Positions 38,677 through 48,967 of a DNA stretch of 64,000 nt are shown in pieces (positions within the stretch are counted from its first letter, which is position 1; each line of letters begins with the position of its first letter). The DNA lies in IMG/VR virus record IMGVR_UViG_3300027848_000009, positions 64,001 to 128,000 of that record, one strand, 5' to 3'. A program made the position numbers and the translations under genes. Source of the DNA: a virus. The notes beneath the pieces were generated by a model. That model was given only the letters and a program-made list of their open reading frames with translations, did not search any database and was not told the DNA's origin.

Positions 38677-39906
38677 ATGCCTGCAGATTTTTCTCAGTAC
38701 GTCGATCTGATACCATACGATCTATCCCCGACCGACGTTTATCTGGGGGCGATCGAGTTGGGTCGTGTCGTCCTGCCTGAATTCGAGATCCGCCAAGGAA
38801 CACCAGACGACGCGATGTTGCAAGCGTTCTCCTATATTACGGCACTCAACGTTGGAGCAATCAACCGGATACCACCAAGACTCATGGAGGGAATCGCCGC
38901 CCTGATGGGGGTGCCGCGGAACTATGGCCAAAAGGCTACGGTTTCGGCGACGATAACACTAAACGACTATGAGTCTTTCGTGTTGCCTATAGGGACTATT
39001 TTTATTCACTCGACTTCGACAGTCGTTGGGGTGATGACGACTCAATACGAAACGACAGAGGCGGTGAGCGTTGACCAGTCTGACGCGGAAGATGGCTCGG
39101 GAAACCCAAATCCTGTCCCAACCGTAGATGTTCAGTTGGCGGCTTCCTACGTTGGAATCAGCCCACACATTAATGCCGGAGACAATCTTCAGGTGGAAAC
39201 GATCCTCCCTCAAATTGCGTCCACCATTTATTTAGGAGACTTTTTGAATGGAAGCAATCCGGAGGACGGTTCTTATTACCTGTCACGGGCAAGAACCTAT
39301 CTTGAAAGCCTGTCGTCCAATACGGCAACCGCACGACAGGTGGAAGCGCACGTTCTGACAACTTTCAATTACGCTACGCGTTGCAAGGTGTACGATCTGA
39401 CCGATAGTGATAGTTCGGTTTTGTTCACCGCAACCGACGCTCCGGGTAATGCAGCGATATTTGTTTGGGGTGTTGAGGCCGCCGTCACCTCAAGTCGTCT
39501 TTACGATATTCTCGTTTCCGTCACAACCAAATCAACCGCAGGCCTGTACTTTACGGCTTCCAACTTTACAACGGTGAATGTGGGAGTTCAGGCCAGTGTC
39601 GCCTACAACTCTTCTTACGTTGCTGCAGATGTTGAAGATGCCATTACTGTTGCGTTGCTAGGGTTCCTGTCCCCCAATGGGTTCACTAGCAAGGCCGAGA
39701 AGATCAAAGTGACTGAACTTCAATCAATCGTTTCCAGTGTTGATGGTGTCGATTTTGTCGACAGTTTGACAATTTCCGATGCCAGCAACCTTCCTAGCGG
39801 CATTATTCAGCTGAATGCAAATGGGGACATTGAATTCTTGAGGAAAGGCCTTCTCGCCACGAGTAATGAGTTAAACATTTCAATTTCATTGTTCAGTCAA
39901 TCATGA
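38677..39906 (+). CDS. Baseplate J-like protein
   Basis: GVPR..G.KA, LPIGT, NGSNPED..YLSR, SVDGVDFV. Confidence 0.85.
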   Translation: MPADFSQYVDLIPYDLSPTDVYLGAIELGRVVLPEFEIRQGTPDDAMLQAFSYITALNVGAINRIPPRLMEGIAALMGVPRNYGQKATVSATITLNDYESFVLPIGTIFIHSTSTVVGVMTTQYETTEAVSVDQSDAEDGSGNPNPVPTVDVQLAASYVGISPHINAGDNLQVETILPQIASTIYLGDFLNGSNPEDGSYYLSRARTYLESLSSNTATARQVEAHVLTTFNYATRCKVYDLTDSDSSVLFTATDAPGNAAIFVWGVEAAVTSSRLYDILVSVTTKSTAGLYFTASNFTTVNVGVQASVAYNSSYVAADVEDAITVALLGFLSPNGFTSKAEKIKVTELQSIVSSVDGVDFVDSLTISDASNLPSGIIQLNANGDIEFLRKGLLATSNELNISISLFSQS

Positions 39907-42900
39907 CAGTCGAAGACGCAAACCTCTTAAACGGGTATGATGCCCTTGAGGCGTTCCGACGTACCGACTTGAGTGTTCGACCGGTTTCTGAAGTGACTTC
40001 GAATCACACTTGGACCAGTAACAATGCGTCGATGGTTGTTTCAGAGGAGGAGTCGCAGCGGTACGTTGCTAACTATTTTTCACTTGCGGTTACCCCTAAT
40101 AACACAAACACTGTAACCGTGTCGCTGCCGAGTATTGCACTTCCGGCTGATAGACCCAAAAATTTTGTTTCAGAGTTGCATATTTCGGTGTACAGCAATT
40201 CCAGCATGTCAGTTTCTGCTCGCATCGCCCCAAGCGGCGAAAGCCTCCCAAGTTGGGGAGCCACAACAACGCGTCCGACGGCATGGGAGGTTGTTCGGTC
40301 AAATACATTCAGCGTGCCGACAGATGCTGGTTACACGCACGCGAAGACTTCCATTACGTTCTCCGGACATGACGGGCAACCTTTTTACATAACAATGCCG
40401 GTTTTTAGCAATGACCTCTTTTTCCGCGAAAGCGGTTTTGTGAATGTGGCTCGCCGGTTCATGCCTTCATACTACTGGGACATCGACTCTCAGCAGGAAA
40501 ATCCCAGCAACCCGATGTACCGTTTGTTCGATATTTTCACTCGCCACGCGAACGAAACATCTGTGACGTACGAAAAGTACTTCAGCTTTGAGCCAGACGA
40601 GCGTTTAGCCACCGACGTCGACGGCGAACTTACACTCAGCACTTTGGTGAACCCAAGTGTGATCGATCCGGCAAACCGGTCTTGGCTGTCCCAGTTCACG
40701 GGGGCGGCGTTGCGCTCCAACGCTGATGCAATCAACTTCGAATACGATGTGTTCACGAAAGAAACCAACGTTTCCGGCAATTCTGTAAACGCAGGTGCCC
40801 TCTGGTCTGTTGTTGACTTGCATGCCGATATGGGCGAACTTGCTACAAACGGAATTTCATCAGATGACACTCTAAGGGACATCGTTGACCAGTTCGTCAC
40901 AAGTGGATCTGCTGTTACTTGGGACATGGTAAAGGGTTCTGCCGGATCTAACAAAACTGAACTAACAACTATTACGTATACGGCGGCTACGACGTCTCCT
41001 GCATTGGCATACACTTACGAGGGTCCGTTCAGTCTGCCCGTCACTGATCCGGTCTCGTTGCGTCAATCCGATCTTCATGGCATTATCACTGCGGCTGACG
41101 ACCTTTCCAGTTCTTCGCTAACCCTGAAAAGTAGATTCTCTGACCCTGTGCTCAAAAGCAGGGTGGAAGGAAACTTTGTTTTTTCTGTAGCAAATCAATT
41201 AACCGGTGAAGACACTACGAGAATTTATGAATCATTATACGATTCTCCATCTTCGGAATTTGTCTACAGCGTGGATGCAAATTTCAGTGGCTACACAGTA
41301 GCTGGATCGACGGATGATAACTATTCAACCGACTGTGATGCTTTAGGTAAAGTGGTTGCCACCGGTCGTATTTCATATACGTCGGGAGGTTCGGACACCG
41401 GTATTTTAGAAATATTTGAAAAGCCTGACGCAGATTCTGTTTACGGTTCCCCCACAACTTTTTCGCATTCTGAAGATGCGGGCAACTCTTCTCTCGGGTT
41501 CAATCATCGCGTCAGAGTGTCCTACGACGGAACCGCCGTCGGGTCGATGCGTGGCGTCACCAATGATCTCATCCGAGTTTACGGCAAAGATCCTTCCACT
41601 GGGAACTGGGCTATTCGTGGGAGCAGCATTACTGTTGACGTATCCGATTTTTGGCTCAACTCGGATGGAACAAAATTGTTGGTCATCGGAACCAATAACA
41701 CTGTCCGATTTTTTGAATTCGATATCACCGACGGATGGGCTGAAACACGCGCACAGATAACGCCAACGTGGACAGTCACTGGACCTAATTCTTCTTCCGC
41801 CAGATGCTCCATGAATAGTGACGGATCAATAATCGCTATTTCTCACCCGTATGCAACGTTCAATGGGTTTGACGACGACGGAAACGCACTGTCGTATGCA
41901 TCCGCTGGCATTGTTGAAACTTATATGTGGTTGAATTCGGCGTGGATAGCAATAGAAACACCACAGATTGGCGTCGCATCAGATCTTTCTGGAATCGAAA
42001 TTAGACTTGATAGTTACGGGAGAACGCTTGCCGTTGGAGTTCCAAACTACGACAGTGGAGTTGGATGCGTTTTCGTTCTCGAACTATTGAAATTTGAGCC
42101 AGTTGATTCGTTTACCACACATGTGTGGAACATTAAATCGTCCATATATGATGCAAATCTTTCCAACTTTGGTCACTCGTTCGACATGAGTGACAACGGT
42201 GAAGTTCTTTTTATTCGACATCACTTGGCGAGTACAACGAGGGCGACTGCTTATCGATACGACTCGTCCACATCGCTGTATAGCAGTTCGTTTCATATCG
42301 AAATCAGTGATGCATCCGCTAACGACTCTACCCTTCAGGTTGCATGCGCCAAGGCTGCATGTCTTTGGGACCATGAAGAAATGTCTGAAAGAGTTTTGGG
42401 ATCTTCTGTTTTTGTATCGTCCGAGCAACCGGCTGACCCTTATGTCGTTGGTCAAAAAGCGGTAAGAGTTATTTTTCAAGATGCAAATGGTGCGGTCACA
42501 TCTTCATCCACCAATGCGGGTTTCGACGCTGCACTCAATTCTCTTGTAGCAGGCGACAAGATATTTATTGGAAATTCTTTAACTGATGGGTTTGGATATT
42601 TTCTTGAATATGCCGGAACGTGGTCGTTTGGCGACCCTTGGGGTGGCGTCAACTACGGGTACGTAATTGACTACAAAGATAGGCCGACTATCGCGTATGG
42701 CCAATCTTCCTCTTACCCGCAGACGGATACTTTTTATGACGCCACCACCAGTGTTCTTTCTGGTGAACTCGATAGCGTTGTAGGAACATTTTTTGCTGCA
42801 CAGTCAGCTTCTTCTTTGTCTCCCGTTTTTACGTCTTTGTCTGAGCAGGATGATTACATGAGTTGGCAGTTCTCTAACAGCTATTACGGTTTGAAGGCCG

Positions 42901-43190
42901 GTTCCAGAGAATCGATGACAGAGGCAGCAAAATTGGTTTTGTCCGCCTCTAAGGTTGTTGCCGTTTCACCAAATTACAGTGGTTTCAGAAATCGCATCCA
43001 TATCAGGACGCTGACGAGTGAAACACCCAATATCGACTCAGTGACATACGCGTCGTCTGACGTATTGTCGGTTATTGCACCAACACGTCCTGTTGGGTAT
43101 TACTTTACTCATGAAACAGTTGATAAACTGTTCTTTACACTCAACAATATCGGAATTGGGCGGCTAGGCATCTCCGTCCTCGGGAACTAA
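39903..43190 (+). CDS. Baseplate wedge (gpI-like) with large inserted beta-propeller-like region
   Basis: MPSYYW..PMYRLF..WLSQFTG, then ~700 aa insert with S.DG..LAVG repeats, then KAGSRESMTEAAK..RPVGY. Confidence 0.6.
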   Translation: MTVEDANLLNGYDALEAFRRTDLSVRPVSEVTSNHTWTSNNASMVVSEEESQRYVANYFSLAVTPNNTNTVTVSLPSIALPADRPKNFVSELHISVYSNSSMSVSARIAPSGESLPSWGATTTRPTAWEVVRSNTFSVPTDAGYTHAKTSITFSGHDGQPFYITMPVFSNDLFFRESGFVNVARRFMPSYYWDIDSQQENPSNPMYRLFDIFTRHANETSVTYEKYFSFEPDERLATDVDGELTLSTLVNPSVIDPANRSWLSQFTGAALRSNADAINFEYDVFTKETNVSGNSVNAGALWSVVDLHADMGELATNGISSDDTLRDIVDQFVTSGSAVTWDMVKGSAGSNKTELTTITYTAATTSPALAYTYEGPFSLPVTDPVSLRQSDLHGIITAADDLSSSSLTLKSRFSDPVLKSRVEGNFVFSVANQLTGEDTTRIYESLYDSPSSEFVYSVDANFSGYTVAGSTDDNYSTDCDALGKVVATGRISYTSGGSDTGILEIFEKPDADSVYGSPTTFSHSEDAGNSSLGFNHRVRVSYDGTAVGSMRGVTNDLIRVYGKDPSTGNWAIRGSSITVDVSDFWLNSDGTKLLVIGTNNTVRFFEFDITDGWAETRAQITPTWTVTGPNSSSARCSMNSDGSIIAISHPYATFNGFDDDGNALSYASAGIVETYMWLNSAWIAIETPQIGVASDLSGIEIRLDSYGRTLAVGVPNYDSGVGCVFVLELLKFEPVDSFTTHVWNIKSSIYDANLSNFGHSFDMSDNGEVLFIRHHLASTTRATAYRYDSSTSLYSSSFHIEISDASANDSTLQVACAKAACLWDHEEMSERVLGSSVFVSSEQPADPYVVGQKAVRVIFQDANGAVTSSSTNAGFDAALNSLVAGDKIFIGNSLTDGFGYFLEYAGTWSFGDPWGGVNYGYVIDYKDRPTIAYGQSSSYPQTDTFYDATTSVLSGELDSVVGTFFAAQSASSLSPVFTSLSEQDDYMSWQFSNSYYGLKAGSRESMTEAAKLVLSASKVVAVSPNYSGFRNRIHIRTLTSETPNIDSVTYASSDVLSVIAPTRPVGYYFTHETVDKLFFTLNNIGIGRLGISVLGN

Positions 43191-43202
43191 GAGGTATTTC
43201 TA

Positions 43203-43502
43203 ATGGCTGGACTCGGATATTACGAATTTCAGGGGGAAGCCGTTCTTACGGCGTCTCAGGTAAACGGATACCTAATGCAGCAGTCAGTGATGGTTCAAAC
43301 CACTGAGGCAGCTCTCAACAATGACTTGGGGGTAGTTAAGTCTGCAGGCATGATGGGCTACTTCATCGGCGGTAGCGACCTCGTTAGTAGACCTCACTTT
43401 TATGACGGGTCAGTCTGGAACAGAATCGCAACACAAGCAGAAGTTGAAGCTCAGGAAAACCGTACCGGTCAGGTGCTTTTGTACATGGAAGTTATCAATT
43501 AG
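43203..43502 (+). CDS. Small virion/tail protein
   Basis: VLTASQVNGYLMQQSV, FYDGSVW. Confidence 0.6.
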   Translation: MAGLGYYEFQGEAVLTASQVNGYLMQQSVMVQTTEAALNNDLGVVKSAGMMGYFIGGSDLVSRPHFYDGSVWNRIATQAEVEAQENRTGQVLLYMEVIN

Positions 43503-43511
43503 CATCTTATT

Positions 43512-43520
43512 TGATATAAT
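43512..43520 (+). promoter_or_regulatory. Extended -10 promoter TGATATAAT before holin
   Basis: Perfect TATAAT with TG; GGAGGG RBS downstream. Confidence 0.65.
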
Positions 43521-43553
43521 GGTCAATACTCACTCGTATTCCTTGGAGGGAAA

Positions 43554-43769
43554 ATGCACACAACATTTCTGAAAGATGCAATCGAACGTGCAGGCAAGAC
43601 GTTCGTTCAGGCTTACCTTGCCGTCTGGATGGCCACTGGAGCCAACTTTGACAGCCTGACGAGCGGTTCGAACCTGAAGGCTGGCGTCGTCGCTGTTGCC
43701 CTCTCCGTGGCCATGAGCATGGGGCTCAAGAACGTCGGGCCGAACAAGGGTTCCGCCTCAATCGTCTGA
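43554..43769 (+). CDS. Holin (r1t-like)
   Basis: FLKDAIERAGKTFVQA, two TM segments, GPNKGSAS ending. Confidence 0.85.
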   Translation: MHTTFLKDAIERAGKTFVQAYLAVWMATGANFDSLTSGSNLKAGVVAVALSVAMSMGLKNVGPNKGSASIV

Positions 43770-43842
43770 GTCTCATCATTACCCCGAGAAATTGGGGATT
43801 TTGATCTACAATAAGTAGTAGGTCTGAAGAGAGGAGGCGTCC

Positions 43843-44220
43843 ATGATCGCAGGTACATACAACATCGTTTGCGAACAGGGAGCCACTCTCCTTCGGGTTA
43901 TCCAAGTAAGGGTACCTGATCCCACTGACACTACTGGCACCACGTACATTGATTATGACCTAGCAGGGCACACTGCCCGCATGCAGGTTCGCCGAACTCG
44001 TGATTCTGCAACGTTTCAAGTTGAGTTGACCACGGAGAATGGCGGCATCGTCCTTGAACCCGCCAGCCAGCAGGGCATGGTTCACTTGATAATGAGTGAC
44101 ACCACCACTTCTGCGCTTACCACTGATGGCGTTTATGACTTAGAAATTATCTCTTCGATCGGAGTGGTAAATCGCTTAATTCAGGGAACATTTACCCTCA
44201 ATCTTGAGGTCACACGATGA
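43843..44220 (+). CDS. Virion structural protein (BppU-N-like)
   Basis: EQGAT, DLAGHTARMQVR, GVYDLEI, RLIQG. Confidence 0.65.
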   Translation: MIAGTYNIVCEQGATLLRVIQVRVPDPTDTTGTTYIDYDLAGHTARMQVRRTRDSATFQVELTTENGGIVLEPASQQGMVHLIMSDTTTSALTTDGVYDLEIISSIGVVNRLIQGTFTLNLEVTR

Positions 44221-44525
44221 GTGCCGCCAACAACGTCTACGTTTATCAGGATTCCCCCAATCAGGTGGTCGTGGACGAGAGTGCCCCCACGGTCATCAAT
44301 GTCATGCTGACCGGCTCGGCTGGCGTTAACACCCGCAGGACCGTTCACTCTCAGGCATCCCCGTCAATCACGTGGACAGCCACCCACGCTCTGGGCGGAA
44401 AACCGTCTGTAATGGTTGTTGATACTGCAGACACCGTAGTCGTAGGTGATGTAACATATATAAGTAGCACGGAAATAAGGATCCAGTTCACTGCTCCTTT
44501 TTCCGGATACGCATATCTCACGTAA
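44217..44525 (+). CDS. Small virion protein
   Basis: HSQASPSITW..THALG.KPSVMVVD..FSGYAYL. Confidence 0.65.
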   Translation: MSAANNVYVYQDSPNQVVVDESAPTVINVMLTGSAGVNTRRTVHSQASPSITWTATHALGGKPSVMVVDTADTVVVGDVTYISSTEIRIQFTAPFSGYAYLT

Positions 44526-44537
44526 CAGGGGTCTTCG

Positions 44538-45884
44538 ATGGCGCTAAAGTTTATAACAAATCTAGATCTAAATCAGAATCAACTTCTGAATAGCAGGTTT
44601 GAGAGCGTTGCCACCGACCCCACGGCCAACAATTTTGAAGGCCGACTTATCTACAACAGTACCGAAAAGGTACTGAAACTGTACACTGGGAACGCATGGC
44701 GGAAAGCCATTCATTCACTTGCGTCCACCACCACAGCCCTCGTAATCTCGGAGTCCAACGGTTCGGTCTCCTTCTTGATTGCCGACGCCGTACAATCTGG
44801 GGCATCCGGACTCCTAAATGGGACCGACAAGCAGGCGCTCGACAACAAGACATCGCAAAACACCGGCTCGACAATTGCCATCCGCGATGCTGGCGGCCGA
44901 ATTCAGGTCTCCGCCCCAGTCAACGATCTGGATGCAGCCAACAAATCATACGTCGATGCCGCCCGTACGGGCCTTGACGTCAAAGCCTCCGTTCGCGCCG
45001 CCACCACCGGAGCACTGAGTATCACCACCGATCTTGAAAACGGTGACACTGTCGACGGAATCGTCCTCGCTACAGGAGATCGTGTCCTTGTCAAAGATCA
45101 GACAAGCGGTGCAGAAAACGGTATTTACGTCGTTCAGGCGTCCGGCGCAGCCGTTCGTGCAACAGATGCCGACAGTGATGCTGAAGTCACCCCCGGGATG
45201 TTCACCTTCATCGAAGAGGGCACCGCCAACGCCGACGAAGGCTGGGTACTCACCAACAACGGTTCGGTAACAGTCGGTACGACAGCACTCGACTTTGCCA
45301 TCTTCTCCGTCGCTGGGGGAATCCTCGCTGGAGCAGGCCTCTCCAAGACCGGCGACACTTTTGATGCCAACGTAGCCAGCGATGGTGGCATCGAGATTGC
45401 CTCCGACAACCTGAAAATCAAGGTTGACGCAAACGTTGACGGACTGACCACCACCACCGACGGTCTCGCCCTCGCTTCGAACATCGCCGGTGCCGGTATC
45501 ACGTTTACCAGTGGCGTCCTCTCCGCTGACACCATCGACCTGACCAGCAACGTCAGCGGCCTACTTCCGATTGCCAATGGCGGCACCAACGCCAGCACCG
45601 AAGCAGACGCCCGCAACACAATCGCCGCGACCTCGGCTACCGGGCTCACTACCAGCACCCCCACTCTGGCCCGCGTCTCGGCTCAGACTGTCGGCAACGC
45701 AACTGACACCTCGTTCTCTTTAGTCCACAACTTTGGGACTCGCGACGTCACGGTCCAAGTATATGACGCGACCACCCATGACACCGTGTTCGCCGACGTC
45801 GTGCGAACAAACACCAATCAGGTTGACGTTTCATTCTCGGCTGCTCCCGCCTCGGGCGCATACCGGGTTGTCGTCAGCGGTTAA
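44538..45884 (+). CDS. Tail fibre/accessory fibre protein
   Basis: DAANKSYVD, GDRVLVKDQ..ENGIY, GLLPIANGGT, C-terminal HNFGTRDV.VQVYD. Confidence 0.8.
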   Translation: MALKFITNLDLNQNQLLNSRFESVATDPTANNFEGRLIYNSTEKVLKLYTGNAWRKAIHSLASTTTALVISESNGSVSFLIADAVQSGASGLLNGTDKQALDNKTSQNTGSTIAIRDAGGRIQVSAPVNDLDAANKSYVDAARTGLDVKASVRAATTGALSITTDLENGDTVDGIVLATGDRVLVKDQTSGAENGIYVVQASGAAVRATDADSDAEVTPGMFTFIEEGTANADEGWVLTNNGSVTVGTTALDFAIFSVAGGILAGAGLSKTGDTFDANVASDGGIEIASDNLKIKVDANVDGLTTTTDGLALASNIAGAGITFTSGVLSADTIDLTSNVSGLLPIANGGTNASTEADARNTIAATSATGLTTSTPTLARVSAQTVGNATDTSFSLVHNFGTRDVTVQVYDATTHDTVFADVVRTNTNQVDVSFSAAPASGAYRVVVSG

Positions 45885-45934
45885 CACATAGCCCTGAGGG
45901 GTAGCGCAAGCGAAACAGTTGAGGCTGATTCACC

Positions 45935-48475
45935 ATGACACGATTTGTAGGGACACCTGTAAAAGGTGTTGAGTTTGCGAATGCCGGAGATGAAGCGATC
46001 TCGGCACGTGTCAGTGGTGATTCAAACGCCAGAATTCGCATTGATGCGGGTGGGCGACTGACGTGGGGTGATGGGGCTACGGCCGGAGATGCCAATCTCT
46101 ACCGCTCCGATGCTAATACCCTGAAAACCGACGACACGCTTTATGCCGTCAACGGAGTAATAACCCTGACGACTGTCGGAGCCCCCACGGCGAACCTGCC
46201 CGATGGGGCGATCGCGATCGACACGTCCGCCGACAGCCTCTACCTGCGAAGCCAGAGCGCGTGGGTCAAGGCCGGAGGCGTCGAACTTTCCACTACTGCC
46301 CCAACAGCGAATGTTTCTGATGGGGACATGTGGTTCGACACCGATGACGGCTTTCTCTATGTGAGGAACAGCGGGTCGTGGGTATCGGTTACAGCGACTT
46401 TAGCGCTGAACGGTATTTCTGATGTCACGATCACGTCTGCCACAACCGGCGACTTCCTCACGTGGAACGGTACTGCGTGGGTAAACGGTGCCGGTGACGT
46501 CGCATTCAATTCCGTGACGCTTGGCTCTGCCCCAACTCAAGCCAGTCATGCAGCAACGAAGTCATATGTAGACAATCTCGCTGCCGGAATCGATTGGCAC
46601 GAGGCCGCTCGACTGGGAACGACCTCGGCACTGCCCAATGCGCCGACATATGGCAATGGGAGCAGTGGCGAAGGCGCAACACTGACAGCCGGAACCCAGA
46701 ACCGACTTGTTGTCGATGGCGCAAACGCCAATACTGGCGACAGAATCCTTGTCAAGACTCAAGCCGTAGGTTACGAAGATGGCGTATATTCGGTAACCAA
46801 TCAAGGTGCATCTGGTTCTGCTGCATGGGTCCTCACCCGTGCCGACGATTTTGATGGAACCCAGCCCGGAGGAATCCAGCCCGGTGAAGCGGTGTTTGTT
46901 CTTAATGGATCGGTAAACGCAAACCAAGGCTTCGTCGTTACCTCAACAAATGATCCTCATACGGTCGGAACTGATTCGATCACGTTCACTCAGTTTACTG
47001 GGGCGCAGGCATTCTCCGCTGGTGCTGGCTTGACAAAGACCGGCAACACCATTGACGTAGTCACAGCAGACTCTGGTCGGATTGTGGTTAGTGCCGACAG
47101 CGTCGATCTTGGGTCGGTATCGGTTGGCGCAACCTCTGGTTCGGCGACTCAGTCTTTTGTTTCCTCGGTAGCCACTGACGCGTATGGTCGAGTCACGGGT
47201 GTGGAAACGTCAAGCCTGATTCAGGGCCTCGGAACCGCCGACTCGCCGTCGTTCACCGCAGTCACCAGTGATGTAACTGGAACGGTTTCCGATATCTCGA
47301 ATCACAACCTGAACGGCATTTCTGACGTCACGATCGCGTCGGCCGCAACTGGTGAATTCCTCAAGTGGAACGGAACTGCTTGGGTAAATGCCGCGATCAC
47401 TGGGGTCACTGGGATCGCTGCGCTCAACGATATTGGTGACGTGACGATCGCTTCCGCAACTTCAGGCGAAATTCTGTTTTGGAACGGCACTGCGTGGGTG
47501 AACGACACGATCGCTTCGGTAAATCAGATTGACGACGTAACCATTACAAGCGCCATCTCTGGGAACATTCTCACGCACAATGGAACCAATTGGATCAATT
47601 CACCATTCACTATCCAAAATGCCGGAGGAGTATCGGTTTCTGGAGAAACCTCTGGCGACGTCCTTCTGTTCAACGGATCGAATTATGTGAATACCGCCCA
47701 CACGTTGGCGAACATCACAAATGTCACTTTGACGACCGAGGCTAATGGAGAGTTCCTCAAGTACAACGGTAGCGCTTGGATCAATGCTTCCATTCCAGAA
47801 ATCAACACTTTGAACGACGTGGGGAACGTCGCAATTACCTCCGCAACTTCAGGTGATGTTCTGAAATGGAGCGGCACCCAATGGATCAATTCCGATATTT
47901 TGGCTAGTCCGGGTCTAACCGGAGTTCCGACTGCCGCGACTGCATCTACGACTACAAGCACGACCCAAATTGCGACAACCGCTTTCGTCCAGCAGGAACT
48001 TGCCGCACTGGTTGAGTCGGCGCCCGCCACACTCGACACGTTAAACGAGTTGGCTGCCGCTCTCGGTGATGACGCCAACTTCTCCACCACTGTCACCAAC
48101 TCTTTGGCGCTGAAGGCTCCGCTGGAAAGCCCGACTTTCACGGGAACGGTCACGCTTCCGGCAGGCACGAGCTTTCTTCACGACTATGACGCGTATGGTG
48201 CAAGCCATACTCTGGTTGTGGGCAACGGAGGACAGACGCTCGAATTTTCGGCTACCGGAACTCTTACCGTACCCCCCGATGCGACCGTGAACTTCACAAT
48301 CGGAACACAGGTCATGGCTATTCAGACAGGAAACGGCAATGTCACTGTCGCTGGCGGTGCCGGAGTGACCATTAACTACGCTGTGGGTCTCAAAACTCGT
48401 AAGCAGTGGTCTGCTATTGTTCTTCACAAACGTGCAGCTAATACTTGGCTCATGACTGGCGACGCAAAGGTTTGA
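45935..48475 (+). CDS. Tail fibre protein with seven L..I.DV.I....G..L.WNGT.W.N repeats
   Basis: HAATKSYVD, GDRILVK, LTGVPTA..TQIATTAFV, APATLDTLNELAAALGDD, ends WLMTGD. Confidence 0.85.
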   Translation: MTRFVGTPVKGVEFANAGDEAISARVSGDSNARIRIDAGGRLTWGDGATAGDANLYRSDANTLKTDDTLYAVNGVITLTTVGAPTANLPDGAIAIDTSADSLYLRSQSAWVKAGGVELSTTAPTANVSDGDMWFDTDDGFLYVRNSGSWVSVTATLALNGISDVTITSATTGDFLTWNGTAWVNGAGDVAFNSVTLGSAPTQASHAATKSYVDNLAAGIDWHEAARLGTTSALPNAPTYGNGSSGEGATLTAGTQNRLVVDGANANTGDRILVKTQAVGYEDGVYSVTNQGASGSAAWVLTRADDFDGTQPGGIQPGEAVFVLNGSVNANQGFVVTSTNDPHTVGTDSITFTQFTGAQAFSAGAGLTKTGNTIDVVTADSGRIVVSADSVDLGSVSVGATSGSATQSFVSSVATDAYGRVTGVETSSLIQGLGTADSPSFTAVTSDVTGTVSDISNHNLNGISDVTIASAATGEFLKWNGTAWVNAAITGVTGIAALNDIGDVTIASATSGEILFWNGTAWVNDTIASVNQIDDVTITSAISGNILTHNGTNWINSPFTIQNAGGVSVSGETSGDVLLFNGSNYVNTAHTLANITNVTLTTEANGEFLKYNGSAWINASIPEINTLNDVGNVAITSATSGDVLKWSGTQWINSDILASPGLTGVPTAATASTTTSTTQIATTAFVQQELAALVESAPATLDTLNELAAALGDDANFSTTVTNSLALKAPLESPTFTGTVTLPAGTSFLHDYDAYGASHTLVVGNGGQTLEFSATGTLTVPPDATVNFTIGTQVMAIQTGNGNVTVAGGAGVTINYAVGLKTRKQWSAIVLHKRAANTWLMTGDAKV

Positions 48476-48481
48476 TGAATA

Positions 48482-48961
48482 ATGGCTCTAGATAGGTCTG
48501 GTGTTGAACTTCCGAGGAAGGGTTTCACATATCCCGATTTGGCTAACGCTTCAATCCTCGCCTCGTCGCTTGTGGGGCTTGGATTCGAGAATGCTACTGT
48601 CGCTTCAAACACTCTCAACACGACGGTGTGGTACGATGTCGGCAAGGCTCATGAAATTGTCGTAGACGGGGTCACCTCCACGGCAACCAGTTCTTACACG
48701 GATATACCTATGGGTATTGTCATTACTGTCCGGGCAATCGGACCGTTTTTCCCGCCACATTTCCCGCCCCACTTCCCGCCGTTCTTCCCGCCCCACTTCC
48801 CGCCACATTTCCCGCCGTTCTTCCCGCCCCACTTCCCGCCACATTTCCCGCCGTTCTTCCCGCCCCACTTCCCGCCACATTTCCCGCCGTTCTTCCCGCC
48901 GTTCTTCCCGCCACATTTCCCGCCACATTTCCCGCCGTTCTTCCCGCCATCGTTTAAGTGA
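48482..48961 (+). CDS. Protein with C-terminal (FPPH/FPPF)n repeat; N-terminus weakly PASTA-like
   Basis: 159 aa; aa 90-157 are 17 FPP(H/F/S) units. Confidence 0.8.
   Translation: MALDRSGVELPRKGFTYPDLANASILASSLVGLGFENATVASNTLNTTVWYDVGKAHEIVVDGVTSTATSSYTDIPMGIVITVRAIGPFFPPHFPPHFPPFFPPHFPPHFPPFFPPHFPPHFPPFFPPHFPPHFPPFFPPFFPPHFPPHFPPFFPPSFK
48749..48952 (+). repeat. 17 x 12-bp tandem repeat TTCCCGCC(a/c/g)NNN with 36-bp higher-order period
   Basis: 10 FPPH, 6 FPPF, 1 FPPS counted directly. Confidence 0.95.
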
Positions 48962-48967
48962 TTTCCG

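Noticed and set aside
44538-48475. Diversity-generating retroelement acting on fibres
   Set aside because: No reverse transcriptase and no near-identical TR/VR pair seen; repeats are protein-level
48749-48952. CRISPR array
   Set aside because: Contiguous 12-bp units without unique spacers; in-frame coding repeat
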